Source: Okamejei kenojei
Taxonomy: Eukaryota
Assembly (NCBI GenBank): GCA_035221665.1
Contig: CM069160.1
Coordinates: forward strand, 4,340,001-4,404,000
Direction: 5' to 3'
DNA length: 64,000 nucleotides
Within the stretch, counting starts at the first letter, position 1; each line of letters begins with the position of its first letter. This document shows, piece by piece, positions 49,312 to 62,286 of this stretch. Position numbers and translations under genes: made by a program. Under the pieces are notes generated by a model that had not been told where the DNA came from, did not search any database, and saw only the letters and a program-made list of their open reading frames with translations.

Positions 49312-50062
49312 TATATAACCATATAACCATATAACAATTACAGCACGGAAACAGGCCCTCTCGGCACTTCCAGTCCGTGCCGACCATTTGTTTTCCCCTA
49401 GTCCCATCTACCTGCACTCAGACCATACCCCTCCATTCCCTTCACGTCCATATACCTATCAACTTTACTTTTAAATGTTAAAATCGATCCTGCCTCCACC
49501 ACTTCTGCTGGAAGCTCATTCCACACAGCCACCACCCTCTGAGTAAAGAAGTTCCCCCCCTCACGTTACCCCTAAACTTCTGTCCCTTAATTCTCATGTC
49601 ATGCCCTCTTGTTTGAATCTTCCTACCCTCAATGGGAAAAGCTTATCCCCGTCAACTCTGTCTATCCCTTTCATCATTTTAAAAGACCTCAATCAAGTCT
49701 CCCCTTAACCTTCTGCGCTCCAAAGAATAAAAACCTAACTTGTTCAACCTTTCTCTGTAACATAGTTGCTGGAACCCTGGCAACATTCTAGTAAATCTCC
49801 TCTGTACTCTCTCTATTTTGTTGACATCCTTCCTATAATTAGGCGACCAAAATTGTACACCATACTCCAGAATTGGTCTTACCAATGCCTTGTACAATTT
49901 TAACATTACTTCCCTACTCCTATATTCAATGCTCTGATTTATAAAGGCCAGCACACCAATGGCTTTCTTTACCACCCTATCTACATGCGATTCCACCTTC
50001 AGGGAACTATGCACAGTTATTCCTAGATCCCTCTGTTCCACAGCATTCCTCAATTCCCTACC
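49312..50062 (-). mobile_element. CR1 3' fragment, near-identical to 45586-46325
   Basis: Same tail and coding sequence (LYKALVRPILEYGVQFWSPNYRKD). Confidence 0.92.
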
Positions 50063-50329
50063 ACAGCATATAGGAGATCTGAAGTCCAGCATAAAGGACA
50101 ATCCAAGAAATTGCCCCACTGAGAGCTCGGAACTGCGGTGACCTAATCAGGGACAGAGAGATTATGTGCTTACTAAAAGGAATGCTTTGAACAGTTCCTT
50201 AACTATGACTCTCCATGATGTAAATGACATTCACCAGAAATACGTTTAGTCCAGCTTTGCCACCACTCCTGACAAAAATCAAAGGCTATATCAAATGAAA
50301 ATAACATGGCCCCAATCCTAAAACTTGGT

Positions 50330-50700
50330 GCTGATCTTCAGTCATTAAACAACAACCTCATTATCCACATCTGGGAATAGAACGATATACCAGGGGACCT
50401 CACGGCTGTGACATCTACAGGAAAGGAGGCATGACTTAGTATGATAACACCAGAGGAGTCTCCCAAAGAAAAGTCTACACCATAGTCTTCAATCGCTTCC
50501 TAATGGCCAAACAACTGTTCCCAAAATGCAGTATATCCATCCAAGGGCACAGTGGGCATGACTTTACTGTGTGGTAACTTCAAGAGAATACTGGGAGAAG
50601 CATCTAGGTTCTTATAAATCTCACCTGAAACTTTTGATTCCATTAAAAAGAGAGATTGGAGCACTGTCCTCATAAGGCTGTCCACAGAAATGTGTCTCAA
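50330..50700 (+). mobile_element. Ancient RTE-clade RT remnant
   Basis: atgactttactgtgtggtaacttcaagagaa resembles MIF.(R)QLQEK; ttttgattccatt...ggctgtccacagaaa resembles FDSI...GCP.K. Confidence 0.4.
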
Positions 50701-53639
50701 AAAAATGCTATAAAAGTACCAAAGGTATGAGAAGATCTCCTCATGTAGATGAGTTAAAATGTTGCATGAGAGATCAGTAACTAAAGGACATAGCTTTAAG
50801 TTCAATAGTTAGAAATTTAGATCGGACTGTGGAGAGCTTTGTTTATCTCACTTACATGGGTGTTTCTAATTCGCTGACTGACTGGCTGGTGGAGGCAGAA
50901 TCCATCTCCACATTTAAGAGATCAGGATGAGCACTTCAAGAGCCATAAACCACAAGTCAAAGGAGATGCGATTTAAATTTAAGTCAATTTTTGGCTGGCA
51001 TGGACACTGTGCGCCAACTGATGATTTCCTCAACTTCGACCATGTTGGTTAAACAATATTAAGTATCAATTTGCTTCGACTATTTGGTGTTTTGTCTGAT
51101 GCTAGGGTGAGTCTTCCTCAGGCCACTTGTGATTATGAATATCATGAGAGGTATTGTGAAGATGTTCACCTTAACTAAAGCGTGTGTTGCATTGAGAAAT
51201 ATTGAAAGGATCAAACATGACACCATGCAAGGGTAATTTCCAAGCCAGAGATTTTTGTGTAAACTTAATTCCAAAGAGTGCAAAGGACAATTACGTAAAC
51301 ACTCTGGAGAAAGCAGCATTGTAAATGCTGCGTACACCCTGGATTGATTTATTGATTAGTTTATTAAAAATTGGCAATGTTTACTTTTCACAGATCAACG
51401 TCCAAGATCTCGAACGAGCAGACTGGTTAAACAAGGTAGCAACTTCTCCTTGGTCTACAAGGGGCTTTTCTAACCTGTGCAATAGAAGGTTGCTCAACCA
51501 GACACTGAGGTCACTGACCCAAGTCGTATCTCCAGCATGTGGGAAAATGAGACTGGATTAGCAAAAGTCATGCAAATTTAGTTTAATTGTATTTAAATTT
51601 AATTATTTTGTTTACATACACTGCTTGGATTTCAATAATGCTTTTACCCTTTTCTATTCTACTATCACATCCAGTCAGTGGGTGTTATTTGTGGATAAAT
51701 CCTGTCGGATTCAGTGAAAGTGGGGAGATTAAAATGTATATTCCTCACAAATACTTGGTTGGAATCAAAACTACTCTTTCTGACACAATTATAATTGTCA
51801 AGTGATGTCTGAGTTTTAAAACCCCCTGTTTTAATGCTATTAATGCATAAAATAGGTTGGTGTGTAACATTTCATTCTAGTTAAACCTGCTTTTAACCCC
51901 GCAAGTGGTTAGGTGTAAATGTGGCTTTATTTTTAATGAATTAACCCTATCAAATGAAATATCTTTGGTTAACCCTAATTAAATTAAATTTGCTTTTTTA
52001 AGATTTAAGTTGATTATTATTGTGGGGACTTCCGGTGGCGCTATGGAGTGAGTGGATTCCTTTAGCCCCAAGAGATCTATCTAACTATTTATTGAATACG
52101 TCCAGTGAATCAGCCTCCATTGCCTTCCGTGGCAGAGAATTTTACAGATTCACAACTCTCTGGGTGAGAACGTTTTTACTCATCTCAGTCCTGAATGGCC
52201 TATCCCTTATTCTTAAACTGTGCGACCCCTGGTTCTGGACTCCCCCAATATGTGGTACATGTTTCCTGCATCAAGCCTGCCCAATGCCTTGAGAACTTAT
52301 GTATGTTACGGAGAAAACGGGGCAACTCACCAGCGTCAGGGCGGAGTTCTATCTCTCTCCTATACAATTGACAACAAAACACAATTCAACCTTTTGAAGA
52401 AGGGTCTCGACCCGAAACATCACCCATTCCTTCTTTCCAGATATGCTGCATGCCCCGCTGAGTTACTCCAGAATTTTGTGTCCATCTACAATCCAACCCT
52501 CTCTGGTCCGGAAGTGGTTTAGTTCACGCACACTCGGGACGTGCATTGTATGGGCGGTTCTCTCCAACACAGCAGAGCAGGCAATTACATGTATACACGC
52601 TACAGCGTCCTTAACTGGGCCACCGCTCCCCGCCAGCACCCCCCCCCCCTTCTTTCTCTCTCACGTCCCTTGGCTGCATGGACTCGGTGGCGGGTCGGGC
52701 AGCATCTGTGGGGCGGTGAGACGGGTCATTGGTGGGGGTCGGGACCCTGCCTGATGCACAGATGCTGCCCGACCCACCGGGTTTACCTGCTCCTCCCCGG
52801 GTTACACATATCTATCTATGATACACCATCTATCATTGACACACCCCTTCACCCTGCTCATGTCCACCCTCCCCTGTACTCTCATCTCCCATCCCCGCCT
52901 CCAGCATTTCTCTTTTATCCCTCTCCCTTCAACCTCCCCTCCCCTCCCCCTCCGAGCCAGCACCGCCATTCAATATGATCATTGTTGTCATACTAAATCA
53001 GGGCGAAAAAGTGTTTCCTCATCTCCGTGCTAAATGGCCCAACCCTTATTCATAAACTGTGACCCCCTGGTTCTGGACTCCCCGCAACATCGGGAAAAAT
53101 GTTTATGCATTCATCCTTTTTCACACAGAGAGTTGTGAGTCTGTGGAATTCGCTGCCTCAGAGGGCGGTGGAGGCCGGTTTTCTGGACACTTTCAAGAGA
53201 GCAAGATAGGGCTCTTAAAGATAGCAGAGTCAGGGGATATGGGGAGAAGGCAGGAACGGGGTACTTATTGGGGATCATCAGCCATGATCACATCGAATAG
53301 CGGTGTGGCTAGAAGGGCCGAATGGCCTACTACTGCACCTATTGTCAATAGCCTGACCAATCCCTTAAGAATTTTACATGAATCTGCAAGATCCCCGTCC
53401 AGCCTTCTAAATTCCAGTGAATACACGCTAAACCGTTGACAGTCCAGGTTCATAGCCCACTAAAGGTGGCAGCCAAGCAGATAGGGTGCTAACGAAGGCA
53501 AATAGTATTCAATGTATTGGGGCATTGAACACAAAATGCAGGAAGTCAGGATACATCTCGAGACGACTCATTTTTCTTTCAAATACTTTGATTGATAAAA
53601 CAAAAGCAAACATGCAGAGTATTAACACGATCAAAGGCT

Positions 53640-54515
53640 ACCTATATGGGCAGTTTATAAATAAACAATTATCAAATTAATATATTACAAACTTTATCAA
53701 TAATATATTCAACCTGACCATTAAAAATGTTTTTTTATTATATTCCAATACTTTTATTCAAAAAACAAAACTAAACATACGGAGTATTAATACAATCAAA
53801 GTCTGCCTATGTTGACATTTTTTCAAACACACGATCATCAAATTAACATATCGCCAACTTTATCAACAAAACAGTCGACCTCCGGCGGCGACCATCGTTC
53901 ACGGAAGGCCTCCAAAGTCCCCGTGGACACCGCGTGTTCCCTCTCCAGGGACGTAGCCCCGTAGAGAGACAGGCAGTCAACCCCGGTGCGGTCACCGACT
54001 ACCCGCTGCCTGGACCCGCGAATGGCCATCTTGGCCAGGCCCAGGAGCAGACGGACAGGGAGATCCCCCCTCCCCCTCCTTCCACCCGACCTCCCCCCTC
54101 TGTACCGGGTGCCCAAATATCAGGAGTGAGTGGCTAAAATGTAGCTATAACTTGAGGACCATCCCCTTCAGATAGTCAAACAGGTGCTGCAACCTCTCAC
54201 ACTGCATGTACATATGGAACACGGCCTCTTCCTCGCCGCAGAAGTGAGAGGTTGCTGGCGAGTCCATGAACCGGCTCAAGTACCTGTTACCGGCCACAGC
54301 CATGTGCAACACTCTCCAATCCAGGTCCTCGAAGTAAAGGGGGCGGACTCCCTTACAGAGAAACCTCCACTGGGGACCACTCCCGGCGTTAGGTGGTGAC
54401 ACGGACCGCCAGGGCATGTCCGGACGGAAGACAAGGGCGAGGAAGTGTCCGGTGTGCAGGAGCAGCCTGTACCATACGCGCTTCTCCGCGTCACGGAACA
54501 CTGGGAATCCTGTTA
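53640..54515 (-). mobile_element. Tx1-type (L1 clade) LINE 3' end
   Basis: DLDWRVLH.AVAGNRYL..FCGEEEAVFHMYMQCERLQ (zinc-knuckle region), LLLGLAKMAI..SR, FRERW; AT-rich 3' UTR with aataaa. Confidence 0.85.
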
Positions 54516-55297
54516 TTTGTAACATTGTAACGGGCAGCACAGCAAGTGGAATTGGATTTTTTTAAAGTCTAAATCTAAAGAAACAAACATTAAGGGCCGA
54601 AAGTGCCGTTCTTTGGTCTATGAATGCAGATAAACAATACAGGAAAAAGACAGAGGAGGTCGCGGCCAGAATCTTCAATCTCTACAGTGGGTGAGATCAT
54701 GGAGACCATGGTCTTCGATTCCTCATAGTTCATGCAGGCTGTAGTCTTCATCTGTCGGGTGACACCCCCCCCCCCCCCCCCCTCGTGTCAGTCTGGGGGA
54801 GTGGGGGGGATCTGGGACCATGAACAGGGGCTCACATCTGCCACAGAGACGGGACAGCAGTAAACCCTTTCCCCATCACCCATGGTCGGGGTGCTCTGTA
54901 ATCCTTAAGCCCCTGATGTTGTCCATTTTGAAGATGTTAAGGGAAGTGAGTGTTTATAATCAATTGAACCCAAGGATTTAGATAGTAGGATGATTGGCCA
55001 ACTTTAAGAACTTAAAGACGTTAGTGAGATAGATACATACATACATAGCAAAAATAGGTGTGGGAGTAGGACATTCGGCCCATCGAGCCAGCACCGCCAT
55101 TCAATGTGATCGTGGCTGATCACCCGCAATCAGTACCCCGTTCCTGCTATTTTCCCATATCCCTTGATTTCGTCAGCCTGAAGAGCTAAATCTCTCTAAA
55201 TGTCACCCGGTGGAAACTCCGTACAGACAACGCCCGCAGTCAGGATCTAAACCCGGGTCCTTGGCGCTGTGAGGCAGCAGAAACGCGCGGGCCTCTA

Positions 55298-55354
<57 letters not shown>

Positions 55355-55781
55355 CTGCCAGCAGCCGCAGCTGATCCTCCGCCTTCCAGATAGAGCGCAT
55401 CTCTGGCGGTCTCCCAGTCCCGGTCTCCGTCTGCTTAACGGGCGCCGACTGCACGCTGTGCGCAATCACCCCCGAGTCAAGCGGCGCGCTGGGCTGGAGG
55501 AAAGAGCGAGATGCATTAGTTCGGGAGATGCAGGCTAGGTGGGGTTATGGCAACAGATGCGGGGGGGGGGGGGGGCAGGAACATGCAGTGGAAGGAGAAC
55601 AGAGGAGGGGAGATGGGGGGAGGTGCGGAGAGGGGGATGCGGGTAGGAGGAGTAGGTAGGAGCGGAGGGAGAGGAGTGTTATGAAGATGGACACAAAAAG
55701 CTGGATAACTAAGCGGGCCAGGCAGCATCTCTGGATAACATAGGTAGATGACGTTTTTCTGGTCGGGACTTCTTCAGACCC

Positions 55782-56108
55782 GAAACGTCATGAATCCATG
55801 TTCTGCACAGATGCTGCCTGACCCGCTCAGTTACTGCAGCGCCCTGTGAAACATCACCTATCCATGTTCTCCACAGATGCTGCCTGACCCGCTCAGTTAC
55901 TTCAGCACTCTGTGAAACGTCACCTATCCATGTTCTCCACAGATGCTGCCTGACCCGCTGAGTTACTCCTGCACTCTGTGAAACATCACCTATCCATGGT
56001 CTCCACAGATGCTGCCTAACCCGATGAGTTACTCCAGCACTCTGTGAAACATCACCTATCCATGTTCTCCACAGATGCTGCCTGACCCGCTGAGTTACTC
56101 CAGCACTC
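55782..56108 (+). repeat. Tandem array, 5 x 66 bp, of the Penelope-derived short repeat
   Basis: gaaac at 55782, 55848, 55914, 55980 and 56046; unit gaaac(a/g)tcacctatccatgttctccacagatgctgcctgacccgctgagttactccagcactctgt. Confidence 0.95.
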
Positions 56109-57222
56109 AGTGTCCAGGCCCGTACGAAGCTTTTCAAAAAGGGGGGTGGCATGGCAGGATTACAAACATTTTATGGTAAATAAGTGCACGCAACGCATAT
56201 CACAAGCGCGAAGCTCAAAGGCAGGGGTTCAGGGCTCGCGTAAGGGAGCTCTTAGGTTTTAGATGCTCTCTGGTGCATTCTGAGCCTTATTGTGGAGCAT
56301 GATTGCACCAACTTTATGACCGATATTTCAGAAATCATTTTGGTTGAGTCAAGGGTAATGAGTGTTTGGAATGGGATGATTCGGGGTCATTGATGATTGG
56401 GGTCATACATTTTTTTAAATCTAGAATTGAAGCTGTCCATGCTTTATTAATCAGGATGTACTGTAAAATGTTGTGTAAAATGTTATAAAGGAGCACACAA
56501 ACACTGCAAATAAAATACTGGTTTTGCAGTAAATGATACTCCAAGTTTTTGCAGTAAATGAAACCTTTTTTCAGAAAATGTTTTGTGTTGATTTGATTGC
56601 CTGTTACTGTTCAACTGTATTAGTGTGTGCACATGAAAAATATGATGCAACATGAAAGTCGCAAACTATGGAATACATATTTTTCAGTATTGTTCTCAAG
56701 GAAAAGAAAGCAGGTACAATAGATTGATATTATTCATATGGAGGAGAAAATATAATTGCTCTAAAACCGACCTTAATTTTGCAATCTCATAAAAGATAAT
56801 GCCCCCTTCCCTCTCCCCCCGCCTTCCCCTCCCTCTCCCTCCACCTCTCTCTCTCCCCCCTCCAACTCTCTCTCTCTCCCTCCCCTCCCTCCCCTCCCTC
56901 CCTCTCCCTCTTCTGTCTCAAACCCCCTTTCCCCCTCTCACATCCCCCCACTCCCGCAACGCAATATTCAACTACTTACCTGGAGTAGACAAGATGCATC
57001 GAGGTGATTGTGTGGCGTGCACATGGAGATGTGGACCCGCCCGGGCCCACTGCGCACGCGCGGAGAGACAGCGTCATTTTGCGTCGGTACTGCGTCACCG
57101 GCTTCCCCCAACTCCGCAGTAGTTTTCTCTGGATTAATTTTTACTCTTGGAAAAAAACACCTTGGCCAGAGGCCCCCTAGATTTTGAGGCCCGAGACTTC
57201 AGCCTATGAAGCCTATAGGTAA

Positions 57223-57372
57223 NNNNNNNNNNNNNNNNNNNNNNNNNNNNNNNNNNNNNNNNNNNNNNNNNNNNNNNNNNNNNNNNNNNNNNNNNNNNNN
57301 NNNNNNNNNNNNNNNNNNNNNNNNNNNNNNNNNNNNNNNNNNNNNNNNNNNNNNNNNNNNNNNNNNNNNNNN
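57223..57372. other. Assembly gap (150 N)
   Basis: Run of N. Confidence 1.
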
Positions 57373-58171
57373 TAAGCTTCAGCTTGATAAGCTTATACGT
57401 AAATCCGGCACTGATCTTACAGCTTTAGGTGGGATTGTTGTTGTATTTTTGTCCCAGTTTGAAGGCCTGCCCTCCCTCCTGGAGAGAGAGTGAAAGGGAG
57501 AGAGTGTGAAACGGATTTTTTTTCTTTTTTCTCCGGGTTTTTTCTTATTCTGGGGAAAAAAGGGGAAAAAGATCGCACCCAACGCACCGCCCTACGGACG
57601 GCCATGAGATGACAGGCATTTGCTGTGGCTGGATTCGCTTTATTCACTGGTCGGTCGATGTGCTGGATTTCGGAGAATTTGTAACGTGGGAGAATTGGAA
57701 ATATATTCCGCACTTTTCGCATTAATATGCAGCGAAGAGGGAATAAGATATTTGCTCAAATATGTTTCTGTCTAATTTGATTAACGTTGAATTCAGGGAA
57801 ATGGATCATTCATGTGTGTGGGGTTACAACTTTCATATCATATTTTGTTATTATCTAACGGTACAAATTATACATTATCATCCTGTACGCAAATGCATGA
57901 AAACATTCTACTTAAATCTCTTATTTTGTGACTGATAAACTATTTCACAGTAATATTCTGAGCTGAAAACCGCAAATTTGTTGCAAATTTGAAAAAAAAA
58001 AAACCCTAAGTACAGCGAATGGTTGGAAACTTGTTAAATTTCCATTGGAAGTAAAGTAAATCAAATGCCGGGTAACAGCTATTCTGGCGGGAGAGTAGAA
58101 AGAGGTGAATGAAAACGGGAAGAGAGTCTTACATTAAGTGTTGTTGAGATATAAATGAAATTGCAAAATAC

Positions 58172-58965
58172 AATAGAATAGAATAGAATAGAATGTCATT
58201 TATTGTAATTTAAACATTCAAGGTTCAATCGAAATTTTGTTCCAGCAGTCATAACAGCAAAAAACACACACACAAATCCACACAATCATCCATCACAATG
58301 ATTCTCCGAACACCTCCGAACTGTGATGGAAGGCAAAAGTCGTATCTCCTCCCTGTTCTCTGTTCTTTATTCCTCCCCCGCAGTCAAGCAGTCAAACTGC
58401 TGCATCGAACTGATCGAGGCTCTTGGTGTTAGAGCCCCCGGCGATGGTAAGTCCTGCGGCCGTTTAAGCCGCGCCGGGCGATGTAAGGCCCCGCTCCAGG
58501 TCGATATAAATCCCTTGATACGTGCGGGCGAAGTTTCCGTTGCGGGAGCTCCAAAAAGTGATCTCCCACCAGGGACCCGCGAGCTCCCGATGTTACCGTC
58601 CACAGGCCTGCAAACGAAGCTCCGAGGTCGGGTCGCAGCCGCGCGACACCACAGCGCTCCGCGCTCCGACGTCAGCCAGCTCCGCGATGGTGAGTCCGCA
58701 GGCTCTGTGACTGGAGACACAGGTCGATACAGGTTGGAGGCCGCTACACAATGCGAGGCCACAACGACAACGGAGACTCAACAAGGAAAATGTCACGTCA
58801 CTGTGCAGGAAAGAGATTAAAAAGTCCACCTCCCCTCACACACATATACACAGCTAAAAATAAAGTAAAACTAAAACCAAAAACATGCACCTAACAGGAC
58901 AATAAGATAGAAAAGACAGACGGACTGCAGTCGAGCCGCTGCCTCAAGGCGCCGCCACACCGCCG
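58172..58965 (-). mobile_element. Unclassified non-autonomous retroposon-like element
   Basis: GC/CpG-rich body; minus-strand 3' end acaataaa followed by a (ctatt)n microsatellite tail. Confidence 0.45.
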
Positions 58966-59599
58966 CCATAGTAGAAGCCCTGGACATCAGAAACACAACC
59001 AAAGGATAATGGAAGGTCTTATCATCTGTGGAGAAAGAAGATAGTTAGACTTTCAGGAGGATGACTTTATCACATAGATCCAATTCTCAAATATGATATT
59101 TTTGAAGTCAATCGTAAGGGCGTGTTGGCTTCAAAGTGGTACGTTGTGTAGTTTTATCTTCCGAGAATGCCTTTGTATTTGTCCGTCGATTTTCCTTGGT
59201 GACGGGCACGACGTGTTTGTGATTGTTTATTGATTTTCTCGTTAATAATGACACTAATGAATACAATACATAATACTATTGCTGTCTCTCTCAACTAAAA
59301 CTAAAACAAAAATGAATTAAATCTGAAAGTAAGCGTCAATTATCGGCTTTGATGATATCCTTCAAACTCCAGACAGCGGACATATGCTGAAAGGGGCTTT
59401 GTTGTTCATGTCCTCTGATCGTTAGGGGTCGGAATAAAACGCCATGATCTATGGTCTGTAATTCAACGAGTCCACTCTGGACAGAACTGGAAACACGGGA
59501 TAGTGTCAAGTCAACTCAAGACACATTTATTTATATAACACATTTAAAAAACAATTCTCGTTGGCCAAAATGGTTTACATTTGTTATAAGAGTAGTATA

Positions 59600-59975
59600 C
59601 TCTTTGAGGGGGTTCAGAGAAGGTTCACCAGACTGATTCCTGGGATGTCGGGACTTTCATATGAAGAAGGGGTCACAGTCTAAGGATAAGGGGGAATTCC
59701 TTTAGGACCGAGATGAGGAAAACATTCTTTACACAGAGAGTGGTGAGTCTCTGGAATTCTCTGCCACAGAAGGTCGTTAAGGCCAGTTCATTGACTATAT
59801 TCAAGAGGGAGTTGGATGTGGCTCTTGTGGCTAAAAGGATCAGGGGGTATGGAGAGAAGGCAGGTACGGGATACTGAGTTGGAGGATCAGCCATGATCAT
59901 ATTGAATGGCGGTGCAGGCTCGAAGGGCCGAATGGCCTACGCCTGCACCTATTTTTCTATGTTTCTATGTTTCTA
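59600..59975 (+). mobile_element. CR1 3' fragment inside the L2
   Basis: CR1 3' UTR with (ttctatgt)n tail. Confidence 0.88.
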
Positions 59976-60552
59976 TACACAAGCAGGCTACATATATATA
60001 TATATATATATATATACACAAATGGCCCTCGCTCAGAGGACGTCAGGAAAAGCTTGGAAGAACAGATACGTTTTTAGACTAGACTTAAAGGAGTCGATGG
60101 AGAGGGCAGTTCTAATGGGGAGGGAGATGCTGTTCCACAGTCTTGGAGCTGCAACCGCAAAGGCGCGATCACCCCTGAGCTTATGCCTAGACTACGGAAC
60201 ATTCAGCAACCCCAAGTCGGCCGATCTGAGGGACCTGAAGGTGGTGTAGTGGGTGAGAAGACTTTTAATGTAGGTGGGTGCAAGCCCATTGAGGGCTTTG
60301 TAGACAAAGAGGAGGGTCTTGAAATTAATTCTGAACCGCACAGGGAGCCAGTGGTGAGAGGCCAGGATCGGGGTGATATGGTCCCTTTTTCAGGTGCCCG
60401 TCAGGAGTCTCGATGCGGCATTTTGGACCAGTTGCAGGAGGGACAAGGAAGATTGGCTGATGCCAGTGTAAAGGGAGTTGCAGTAATCTAGGCGGGAGGA
60501 GATAAATGTATGGATGATCTTTTCGAGGTCATCAAACTGGAGGAATTGTTTT

Positions 60553-60820
60553 ATAGACATAGACATAGAAATTAGGTGCAGGAACAGGCCATTCGGCCCT
60601 TCGAGCCTGCACCGCCATTCAATATGATCATGGCTGATCATCCAACTCAGTATCCTGTACCTGCCTTCTCTCCATACCCCCTGATCCCTTCAGCCACAAG
60701 GGCCACATCCAACTCCCTCTTAAATATGTCCAAAGAACTGGCCTCAACTACCTTCTGTGGCAGAGAATTCCACAGATTCACCACACTCTGTGTGAAAAAC
60801 CACTCTCTGTGTGAAAAACA
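60553..60820 (-). mobile_element. CR1 3' fragment inside the L2 RT
   Basis: Near-identical to 14636-14885; the L2 frame RMIAK|IKQFLQFDDLEK resumes on either side. Confidence 0.9.
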
Positions 60821-62286
60821 GCGTGAATTTTTTAGCTATCATCCGAAGCTGAACGAAGCGAGCTTTTACCACGGCATTGACTTGTTTGTCAAACTTCAGT
60901 GCTGAGTCAAATATCACGCCAAGGTTTTTGACGTGAGGTTTGACAAAGCTGCCTGCTATCATTTTGACTGAGTCCGAAAGGGCCGAGAAGGATGACCTCA
61001 GACTTACTCTCGTTTAGTTGGAGGATGTTCTGGGCCATCCAGCACTTTATATCCTCGAGGCAGCGGGTAAGGTTCAGCAGATTTGATTGTTTTTTGGGCT
61101 TCAGGGAGAGATACAGTTGTCTATCGTCTGCGTAGCAATGGAAGAAAATGCCGTGCCTTTCAATGACTTGGCCTAAGAGGAGCATATACAGGGAGAAGAG
61201 AATGGGGCCAAGGATGGAACCTTGTGGAACCCCACAGCAGAGACTAGCTGGGGAGGAGAAAGCGTTTCCTATGTTGGTAGAGAAACTCCTACCTTTGAGG
61301 TAGGAGATGAACCAGCTCAGGGCAGTGCCATCAATACCAACCCCGTACCGGATACGGTCAATTAGGATGGTGTGGTCGACAGTAGCAATTGCTGCGCTGG
61401 GGTCAAGAGGGAGCAGGATTGCACAGTCGCCGGAATCAACGGTGAGCAGTAAGTCATTATGTACATTCAACAAGGCAGACTCTGTGCTGTGGTGAGCCCT
61501 GAAACCTGATTGGAAAGTTTCCAAGATAGTATTTTGGTGAACGTAAGGCATAAGTTGACAAGATTATCTTTTCAAGGGCTTTTTAGAGGAGAGGCAGTTT
61601 AGAAATTGGTCTGTAGTTGCTTGGCAAGGTGGGGTCGAGGTTAGGGTTTTTTCAGGAGTGGCTTGACCACCGCATGCTTGCAGCAGGTAGGTACAGTGCC
61701 CTTGGCTAGAGAACTGTTGAAGATGGCGAGGATACTGGGTCCGGCTATTATGGTGACGTCCACCAGAGGGGAGAGTGTCGAGGGGGCAGGTCGTGGTGAT
61801 CATGCTGCTGATCATTTTTACAAGGGACGGTAGAGTAACAGGTTGGAAACAATCTAATTTTGAAGAACAGACCAATGAGACAGCCAGGTCACTTGTGGGA
61901 GGGGAAATATTCATTCTTATGTTCTTTACCTTGGTGGTGAAAAATGTAGTAAATTACTCGCACTTAGTCGAGAGTGCAGATGTCGGGGGCAGCTACGAGA
62001 GCCTCAGAGAACTCACTGACCGTCGTGGAGTTAACGTAGCGTCAGTAGCGAGCAGGGGGATGGGACTTTGAGGGAGAGAATGGCAGGTTTATATCGAATA
62101 TAATAGCACTGTGATCAGACAGACAGGCATCAACAGAATCAGTGTTACAAGTAGGGAGACCAGACGAAAGCACTAGGTCTAGTGTATGGCCAAGCTTGTG
62201 AGTGGGTCCAGTGGTGAGCAGATAGTGCGTATTAATGAGGAGAATATACAGAATAGCTGCGTTATATTCGAACACCAATATTCGGC

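Larger units (their letters stand above)
59505..62225 (-). mobile_element. L2-clade LINE (end of APE, RT and 3' UTR), interrupted by two CR1 tails
   Basis: PTHKLGHTLDLVL..SDH; FQSGFRAHHSTESALL; GVPQGSILGPILFSLYM; HCYADDRQLY; FISSRLDYCNSL..QLVQNAASRLLT; ataaataaa tail. Confidence 0.93.

Noticed and set aside
55709-56152. 147-aa repeat ORF / possible CRISPR-like array
   Set aside because: Near-identical 66-bp tandem units of a dispersed repeat, with no spacers.
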